Shown here: positions 57,419 through 64,000 of the stretch, piece by piece | Numbering within the stretch: the first letter of the stretch is position 1 | Layout: the number at the start of each line of letters is the position of its first letter | Source: an uncultured virus (IMG/VR IMGVR_UViG_3300031088_000603) | Taxonomy: Duplodnaviria > Heunggongvirae > Uroviricota > Caudoviricetes | Virus record (IMG/VR): IMGVR_UViG_3300031088_000603 | Strand: one strand, 5' to 3' | Length of the DNA stretch: 64,000 nt | Notes under the pieces: generated by a model | What the model was told of the DNA's origin: nothing | The model's database searches: none | Seen by the model: only the letters and a program-made list of their open reading frames with translations | Program-made: the position numbers and the translations under genes

Positions 57419-57994
57419 TTATGGGAGGTAGCTGCGAGAGATATCGAGAGTAAGAGCTTCAATCCGCTCTCGTTCGTTTCCCATCTTATCACTAGCGTAA
57501 ACGACTCCCGGCACCTTGTCAAATGGAGAGCGGTAATCAGCATCAAACCACTCGATATAGATACGACGCTCTTCTTCGGTGATGCTGTCTACGTTCCTGA
57601 CGCTCATGATCTTCTCGATGGAACGTAGACCCTTGCTGTGAAGAAGCTCGTTGTAGAAGTCTAGCTGGTGCTGACTGTAAGCCTCCTGGTAGTTGTACCA
57701 CTCAGCAGCGATTTCGAAGGGAACGAAAGGCTGGTTGCTCTTTGCCCACGCCGCTAGCTGGTTGGGATACTCGTCAGACGGCGAATGAGCGACATCCCAT
57801 GCAGGAGTACCCTCGAACCGCTTCGGAAGGTTCTCATTGTCATCGCTGACGTTGAGGTCGATCTCCACCTTCCACTCGCCCTCTTCCCCGAGAGATAGCT
57901 TGGCATCGGGGTGGATGCTCTTGGCACGGCGAAGCATCTCCTGGTAATCCACCTTGACGACGGGGGAGCTGAAGGGGTCGGTATCAACACTCAT
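57419..57994 (-). CDS. hypothetical protein, tandem paralogue of 56845
   Basis: YQEMLRRAKSIHPDA..LPKRFEGTPAW. Confidence 0.75.
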   Translation of the reverse strand: MSVDTDPFSSPVVKVDYQEMLRRAKSIHPDAKLSLGEEGEWKVEIDLNVSDDNENLPKRFEGTPAWDVAHSPSDEYPNQLAAWAKSNQPFVPFEIAAEWYNYQEAYSQHQLDFYNELLHSKGLRSIEKIMSVRNVDSITEEERRIYIEWFDADYRSPFDKVPGVVYASDKMGNERERIEALTLDISRSYLP

Positions 57995-58207
57995 TTTGTT
58001 GTCCTATCTGGGAATTGGTCGGTGATGTTGCGTCCTTTTCGGTATCAGGAAATCTAATACCGTTGTGCCTGTATGATTCAACTAAGCAGACAGAGATACT
58101 TGACCCTATCACTTTAAGCCTATTTTCGCTACCGGCAATCTCCCGCACCTAAGCCTTACACGCTGAGGTGAGGTACTAGGTTGCGTACCCTACTTAAGGC
58201 TGTTCCT

Positions 58208-58885
58208 ATGAAGTTGCGCCAACTTTGGAGAGACGATCACGCTGAATCAAGTGTCATGCATACGATCAGCCTCATCGTCAGTGCTCTTAGCGCAGCAACG
58301 CTTACCGGGTTCGTTGGGACAATGTACAACTCCGGCGTAGCTCTGGGTAGCGAGAACCAAGCGCAGATGGAATCGATCACAGCGGCAGCATTCTTCGAGC
58401 GTGAAGGAAGTGACACTCGCCAGGTGTCTGACCAAGACCCCACCAAAGCAACCATCATGGTTCAAGATGGAACATGCATCACTTACTCGCTCGAACCGTC
58501 CGAGACTAAGAACGATGAGGTAAGTTTCGTCCGCACTGAAAACACCTGCGTAGATGATGGGTTCATCCCATTCCGCAAGGTGCTAATCAACTCGATGGAT
58601 ACCACGAGCTACTTTCAGTACATCAACGTAGCTGGTCGAGAGATTGTGGGCGGAGAGGTGCAAGGTGAGTGCGACCCGTTCTTTACTCCTACTGAGTGTG
58701 AGTCAACCGTTCCTCACGTCATTCGCGTTCATGCCGATACCAAGAACCCTATCACTGGCAAACAAGACCTAGAATTCACCGTAGTGACTAGCATCCCGCT
58801 TCATCAAATGATGGTTGATGGCGACGACAATGTTGCTGTTACATCGACCATTCCGAATGATGGGACGGCAACCACCGCTCCTTAG
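58208..58885 (+). CDS. minor-pilin/pseudopilin-like protein
   Basis: RQLWRDDHAESSVMHTISLIV.. prepilin-like N-terminus plus hydrophobic helix; Cys pairs. Confidence 0.45.
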   Translation: MKLRQLWRDDHAESSVMHTISLIVSALSAATLTGFVGTMYNSGVALGSENQAQMESITAAAFFEREGSDTRQVSDQDPTKATIMVQDGTCITYSLEPSETKNDEVSFVRTENTCVDDGFIPFRKVLINSMDTTSYFQYINVAGREIVGGEVQGECDPFFTPTECESTVPHVIRVHADTKNPITGKQDLEFTVVTSIPLHQMMVDGDDNVAVTSTIPNDGTATTAP

Positions 58886-59139
58886 TTGAAGATGTCGAAG
58901 ATGTCGTCGAAGAAGGAACTGCCGCCCCACCACCACCACCAGCCTCCGCCTCCGTCTCCACCATATCCCCCTCCACCACCGCGCCGTGACCTCTTTGGTC
59001 TACTCACGGTAACGATGATGCCAATGACGAAGCCAAGGACGATGACCACACCGATAGCGATGAGGGTTGGGACAACCCATCCGGGTGCCCCGGCTGCTGC
59101 TTCGCTAACAGATGATGCTCGGATCACTAGTTCATTCAT
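58882..59139 (-). CDS. small single-TM protein with Gly/Trp-rich tail
   Basis: TM followed by RRGGGGGYGGDGGGGWWWWWGG; leaderless start. Confidence 0.6.
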   Translation of the reverse strand: MNELVIRASSVSEAAAGAPGWVVPTLIAIGVVIVLGFVIGIIVTVSRPKRSRRGGGGGYGGDGGGGWWWWWGGSSFFDDIFDIFN

Positions 59140-59251
59140 GGCGGGATGCTAGCAACAAATTGCCGACTAAGCAATTAAGTTCTTGCTTGCGCTTAGAGCA
59201 AGCGTGCTGTAGTGTTCATCTATAAGTATTCATCGACCAGAAAGAGAAACC

Positions 59252-59557
59252 ATGCCTCAGCCCAGCAACGAGTCGCTCATCAGCCTTGTCAAGGAGACCG
59301 TCGAGACCGCAGGTCGTCTCATCAACTTCTCCGACAGCCACGCTTCGCTCGTCGGACTCAACGGCTTCCTCACCGGTCTGACGCATGTCGTCATGGGTAA
59401 CCCCGGTGTGACCGAGGTCGAGATCGTGACCGATGCTAAGAACCCCATGTGGGTCGATGACGACGACAGCGAGAACCACGGCGCGTCGGTGGCGCTTTAC
59501 CGCTCCATCACTCGTCAGGGCGTGTACCTCATCAAGCTGCTCAAGCAGGGCGAGTAG
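59252..59557 (+). CDS. hypothetical protein
   Basis: Codon bias; promoter and terminator. Confidence 0.7.
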   Translation: MPQPSNESLISLVKETVETAGRLINFSDSHASLVGLNGFLTGLTHVVMGNPGVTEVEIVTDAKNPMWVDDDDSENHGASVALYRSITRQGVYLIKLLKQGE

Positions 59558-59613
59558 ACCGCTGACAAAACACCCCGTCTGAACTAACAGACGGGGTGTT
59601 TTGTCGTTAACGA

Positions 59614-59868
59614 CTAATGAGTGTAGACGTGCCTCATGCGTTCATTGATATCAGAAACCTGTCGCGGCAATGTGAACAGGTCGATGATGGTGCCAATCCC
59701 GAACAAGCCCCACGTGAGTAGCCAGATGACACCCTTGACCGGCTTGCCTAGATAGAAGTGCTGGATGCCTGCAACGAGAACGAAGGTGAGCGCCCAGAGA
59801 AGGTAGGCGAGTCCAAGATCCTTCTGTGGTTGAGTCGGGCTGATGTAAACGGGTTGTGGTGTGCTCAT
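59614..59868 (-). CDS. TM2-domain (NINE-like) protein
   Basis: KDLGLAYLLW..GIQHFYLGK..GVIWLLTWGLFGIGTIIDLFTLP. Confidence 0.85.
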   Translation of the reverse strand: MSTPQPVYISPTQPQKDLGLAYLLWALTFVLVAGIQHFYLGKPVKGVIWLLTWGLFGIGTIIDLFTLPRQVSDINERMRHVYTH

Positions 59869-59979
59869 GGTGCTCCAATGATGTCGCGGAATGGTATTTT
59901 AGACCCGAATGAGTACCCGTATCGGAAAACCAAACCAGACTTGATGACATTGGTACTACGGTGCTACCCTGTCTGTACT

Positions 59980-61026
59980 ATGGATTCGTCGCCACATACG
60001 CTTTCGGAGCTTGTTGCTCGGCGTATTGTCACGCCAAGAAAGCCGAGCGTGGTTCAGGGCTACTACCCCAAGCATAGTGAGTTCGTGGCAACGCTCAGGG
60101 ATGAGTGCGATGTACATGGGTTCGATTTCAAAGAGGCGCTTGCTGAGTACAAAGACAGCAGCCTGCGGGAACTCTTTGCTGACTCCGACTACAAGAGGTT
60201 CCCTACCGGACTCAATAGGAACGTCACTGCTGAGGTCAATCAGATGCAGCGTATAGACACCAGCTACATGACCCGTGTGCCGCTAGCCTATGGGTTCCTT
60301 GTCAATCCCGCCCGAGCTTCTGCATACATGGTGCAGTGGACTGAGAACAAGGCTGATAACGTCGTCTCAACCGATCTACAGCCACCCCATGTATGGCTGC
60401 GGCACGCGAATCGAATGCCAGGTGATGTCATCCCACGTAACCTTCGATTGGCATTCAAGACCGAGTTCTGGCGGACGGATATCACCAAGGTCGAGCCACA
60501 CAAAGTTGAGTCAAAAATCGCACGTTCATTCGGTGCTGAGGGTGCATTGGTCGATGCGTTTAGCCTTCCGATGACTCCCAACCGAGACCAATTTTCGGGG
60601 CTGTGTAACGTGCTACCACTGTCGGCATACGCGGCGCACCTTCGACCTTCTGTACAGGATGCGGTGAGTGCCCAGTGGCTGTTCAATGAGTTCTCATCCC
60701 GTGTCGATAAGCTATCTGTACCAGGCAGAGAAAAGACAAACAGTAAGGCTGTGTACGAGTTCACCGCCAAGATCGATATCGCCACCTCACACACCGCATA
60801 TGCCATAGCAAGGCGTGAATGGGGAAGTGACTACCCGCTCTCGTGGTCCATTCTGGGAGAGTATTTGAACCTTGCTGTAGATGAAGTTCGCCGCGCCGCG
60901 TTGACCGATGCCGTGCCTTCTCAGATATTCAGATTGATGACAGAAGGGCTGAGCTACCAAGAGGCAGTTATGGTGTCAGGCAGCGGAATGGACGACAGCC
61001 TCTTCAACTCTCTCCGCGCTGCGTAA
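59980..61026 (+). CDS. hypothetical protein with degenerate NDID tail
   Basis: C-terminus VSGSGMDDSLFNSLRAA; leaderless start. Confidence 0.65.
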   Translation: MDSSPHTLSELVARRIVTPRKPSVVQGYYPKHSEFVATLRDECDVHGFDFKEALAEYKDSSLRELFADSDYKRFPTGLNRNVTAEVNQMQRIDTSYMTRVPLAYGFLVNPARASAYMVQWTENKADNVVSTDLQPPHVWLRHANRMPGDVIPRNLRLAFKTEFWRTDITKVEPHKVESKIARSFGAEGALVDAFSLPMTPNRDQFSGLCNVLPLSAYAAHLRPSVQDAVSAQWLFNEFSSRVDKLSVPGREKTNSKAVYEFTAKIDIATSHTAYAIARREWGSDYPLSWSILGEYLNLAVDEVRRAALTDAVPSQIFRLMTEGLSYQEAVMVSGSGMDDSLFNSLRAA

Positions 61027-61101
61027 TTCGTTCTTGCAATGAGCGGTCATGTAGGTTATGATTGATTTATCTTATTCACCCACACTCGAAGGAACGTAAC
61101 T

Positions 61102-61344
61102 ATGGCTACCCAGGAAGCTACCGTCGCCGCCAAAAAGGAAGAGGCTGCGATTGCGTTCATCATCGAGAACTACGGTCGAGCCAACCACCCCTCGCACTCG
61201 CGCCGCTCCATCGAGTTCCGCTCCGTCTCCACCTACGCTGCTCGTTACGGTCACACCGTGGACGACTTCATCTTCGACGAGGCGATTGCTCGTCGCTTCG
61301 GAGACGGTATGGAGTTCGAGGGCTGGGCACCCGAGTCCGACTAA
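61102..61344 (+). CDS. hypothetical protein
   Basis: SD AAGGA; codon bias. Confidence 0.7.
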   Translation: MATQEATVAAKKEEAAIAFIIENYGRANHPSHSRRSIEFRSVSTYAARYGHTVDDFIFDEAIARRFGDGMEFEGWAPESD

Positions 61345-61385
61345 AACGCACCCTTCATCAGATCCTCTATCAGAAAGAGTAAACC

Positions 61386-61865
61386 GTGTACTTCGTAGTC
61401 AATGAGCGTCACCGTCCCGGCACCTACAACGCACCCCGGCACTCGGAAGAGGAAGAGACTCGCCGCCGTGCCGTGAACATCGATGTTCACGAGCGCTACT
61501 ACGCCGCCCTGGTCCGATACGCCGAGGACGAGCCGCGCATCAGCATCAAGCCCAAGGAAGACCAATTCTTCCCAACTACGTTGACCATCTACGTCGATGG
61601 CGGTCACGAGTGGGCGTACGTCACGTGGGCTGGTTTTGGTCAGGAAGACCGCCGCCCCATCGAAGAGTGGCGCGGTCACGTCGTGCTTCGTGCTTCGACC
61701 GAAGAGGCGCAGTACGAGCTTCTCGACATGCGAAACCTCGACTACAACGTCTTCAAGTACGGTGATGCTCAGGCGCGAATCGTCATCAATGCGGTCAAGG
61801 CTCACATCGAGAGCGGCTTCGCGGAGCCTGTCAAGGTGTCCAGCAACATCGGGTTCCAGATCTAA
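61386..61865 (+). CDS. hypothetical protein
   Basis: Codon bias. Confidence 0.7.
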   Translation: MYFVVNERHRPGTYNAPRHSEEEETRRRAVNIDVHERYYAALVRYAEDEPRISIKPKEDQFFPTTLTIYVDGGHEWAYVTWAGFGQEDRRPIEEWRGHVVLRASTEEAQYELLDMRNLDYNVFKYGDAQARIVINAVKAHIESGFAEPVKVSSNIGFQI

Positions 61866-62037
61866 GAACCTCACATCAAGGGCGTGACTACTTACGGGTG
61901 GTCACGCCCTTTGTGGTTGCATAGCGGTAGTCATTTGTGATGAGTGCGAGTGTTACAGGAGTGTTTCGTGATGCCAAAGTGAGCTATGGGGTACAAACCT
62001 GAGTTAGAATCTGCCGCACTACCAAGGGGAGTACATC

Positions 62038-62286
62038 ATGCAGCAGAGAACGCCAGAAGAAACCAAGGTCATGCTCGAAGCAATCGCACGCGAGACCAGG
62101 AGGCTTGTAGACACCTGGGGCGGAGTTGACTACGACTGGGCAATCGGCGTAGTGGCTCGTGCGAACAACCACCGATACAACCGCACCGAGGTTCGTTTTG
62201 GAATCAGCGAAGCTGTCAAGAATGGTTACCTCGATATCAAGACGCTGCCTGGCGACCTCAGCAAGAGCATTCACCCCGGAGCCTAA
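62038..62286 (+). CDS. hypothetical protein
   Basis: SD GGGGAG. Confidence 0.65.
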   Translation: MQQRTPEETKVMLEAIARETRRLVDTWGGVDYDWAIGVVARANNHRYNRTEVRFGISEAVKNGYLDIKTLPGDLSKSIHPGA

Positions 62287-62365
62287 GGAACTGGTAGGCG
62301 TTGACACCATGACAAATATACGGTAAGTTGTTTATACCACTACAGGATACGTCAAGGAGAACACA

Positions 62366-62776
62366 ATGGCTGAGAAGACCAGCGCTGAGATCGGTAACGA
62401 GATCCTCGCAATCGTTCGCAGTGCGCACTCGATGAAGTCGGAACTCTACAGCCGCGTTCTCATCGCGCAGAAGTTCATCAAGGACTTCTACCGCGAGAAC
62501 CACCACTTCACCGAGCACCGTTACGCCGCTTTCGAGAACTCGACGGGGCTATCCATCGAGAACATCGATGCTGAGGGAATTTTCCTCGACGTGGACTACG
62601 ACGACGGTGCCTACATCACATTCGACGACCTCGACAACATCAAGACATACCTTAAGCAGGACTACGAGGTGTTCAAGGCTAACTTCGCCGCCAGGGAGGA
62701 AGAGCGAATCGCTCTCCAGGGTCGTAAGCTCCGCGAAGAGCTTGACGCTCTCGAATCCACACGACAGGTGATCTAA
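62366..62776 (+). CDS. hypothetical protein
   Basis: TTGACA promoter; SD AAGGAG. Confidence 0.75.
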   Translation: MAEKTSAEIGNEILAIVRSAHSMKSELYSRVLIAQKFIKDFYRENHHFTEHRYAAFENSTGLSIENIDAEGIFLDVDYDDGAYITFDDLDNIKTYLKQDYEVFKANFAAREEERIALQGRKLREELDALESTRQVI

Positions 62777-62778
62777 CC

Positions 62779-63066
62779 ATGATGAACGACAAGGAACTGG
62801 CTCGAATCGTTGATGTGGCTTCCGGTGTGACTTACCAGGAGCTTCCCGAGGGTTACTTCATCAAGCTCACCGAAGAGGTCACGAGTGACGAGCATGAGAT
62901 CGTGCGAGCCATCGTCATCGAGGATGTTGAGTCCGGAAAGTTCTACCGGACTCTGTTCCGGTTCAACTACTACTCGCAGTACGGCGAGCCGATTGGCGGT
63001 GTCTCTGACCTCCAAGAGGTCTTTCCTCGCGAAGTGATGACCGTCGTCTACGAGCGCGCTCAGTAG
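62779..63066 (+). CDS. hypothetical phage-type protein
   Basis: GKFYR..Y..EVFPREVMTVVYE. Confidence 0.7.
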   Translation: MMNDKELARIVDVASGVTYQELPEGYFIKLTEEVTSDEHEIVRAIVIEDVESGKFYRTLFRFNYYSQYGEPIGGVSDLQEVFPREVMTVVYERAQ

Positions 63067-63515
63067 TGCCCGCCCAGCCTCTTTCGATGGAGGGTGAACT
63101 CCGATACCGCCATGCGGAAGAGTTCACCCTCCGCCGTGCGTTTTCCGGTAGTGATGATTCCTACATCGTTTGGCTCGCGTGGCACGACATCACGAAGTCC
63201 GACTTGACGTTTGATATCAATGCCTTGGGTGTAGACCGCGACTCTGCTATCTCGTCACTTGATATCGATGAGCTTGATGAGATGTGGGAGAAGGTGGTTC
63301 ATACAGACCCAGTTAGTCGTTTAGTGTGGATATTGACAGCGAAGATTACTCACCTTAAACTTGACGACCTACTCTTGATGATTGAACGTGGAGTGGATGT
63401 TGATGACTACCGCAAGTGGTATTTCTCTGGTATCTCACCCGAGCGGATAGCCGTCATGGTGAGGGACATGGATGGCAGTTTGATTGAGTCGTTCCTGTTC
63501 GGTTCGCAAGGCTAG
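63066..63515 (+). CDS. protein with degenerate NDID tail
   Basis: SGISPERIAVMVRDMDGSLIESFL. Confidence 0.6.
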   Translation: MPAQPLSMEGELRYRHAEEFTLRRAFSGSDDSYIVWLAWHDITKSDLTFDINALGVDRDSAISSLDIDELDEMWEKVVHTDPVSRLVWILTAKITHLKLDDLLLMIERGVDVDDYRKWYFSGISPERIAVMVRDMDGSLIESFLFGSQG

Positions 63516-63605
63516 TCCTCACCAATCAGGACACGCCGACCGTATGGTTGCGGATAGTGGCGGGCTGTGATAGATTCTGTCATAGATACTCAAACGGAGG
63601 TTCAC

Positions 63606-64000
63606 ATGTACATCGGTCTTGACCTAGATGGTGTTACCGCTCGATACGTCGAGGGGCTTCGTGATGCCGTTGCCAAGGCACTGGGGATTACCCCCGAGGA
63701 CGTTGGTGGCGAGCCTGAAGACTACGGCTTCAGTAACTGGCGTGAGATGAAGGATCGCTTCAAGGAGCTTCACACGGGCGGTGTCGCAGAGGGTCTGTAC
63801 CGTAAGCTCGCTATCTTCGAGGGCGCATCGGAAATCCTGTGGAAGCTCTCGGACGAGGGCGATGAGATTGGCGTGGTGACTTCGCGTTTCGTCAAGCACC
63901 GCCAGAACGGCATCGTCGTACGCGACACGGCGTACTGGCTTGACGAGAACAACGTCCCCTACCGAGACCTCTGCTTCTTGCGAGACAAGACGCGCTTCCT
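63606..64000 (+). CDS. HAD-family 5'(3')-deoxyribonucleotidase (NT5C-like), truncated by the window end
   Basis: MYIGLDLDGV..FEGASEILWKL..IGVVTSR..DTAYWLDENNVPY; SD GGAGG. Confidence 0.85.
   Translation, partial: MYIGLDLDGVTARYVEGLRDAVAKALGITPEDVGGEPEDYGFSNWREMKDRFKELHTGGVAEGLYRKLAIFEGASEILWKLSDEGDEIGVVTSRFVKHRQNGIVVRDTAYWLDENNVPYRDLCFLRDKTRF

Overview
A 64-kb accessory (non-structural, non-replication) segment, most likely from a large actinobacterial phage; a giant actinobacterial plasmid is not excluded. Support: dense small genes, mostly without recognisable function, many leaderless starts, SigA-type promoters and intrinsic terminators, plus Lsr2, DUF2510 and PASTA domains. No capsid, terminase, polymerase, integrase or CRISPR array is visible. 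All product calls are by eye from motifs; no database search was run. Recognisable products: Lsr2, three helicase-associated (HA) domain proteins, DUF4238, YitT, DUF2510/DUF4041/T5orf172, a HindVP-like restriction endonuclease with no neighbouring methylase, a ParB-like protein, a cyclic-phosphate receiver protein, a TM2 protein and an NT5C-like nucleotidase. Main unexplained structure: (1) about 20 diverse proteins share a C-terminal 'NDIDxxLxxSL' tail. (2) 11 other proteins share an N-terminal 'IxDKNGKxTTVH' leader, sit behind a different promoter type (YRWCN-N11-TANNNT), and include three ADP-ribosyltransferase-like proteins. (3) An AT-rich ~490-nt promoter-to-terminator unit carries four Shine-Dalgarno + start-stop modules at ~100-107 nt spacing. 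(4) A 143-nt tRNA-like RNA with large insertions and several other ORF-less structured transcription units. (5) A 60-bp double-palindrome inverted repeat brackets a 3.5-kb segment.
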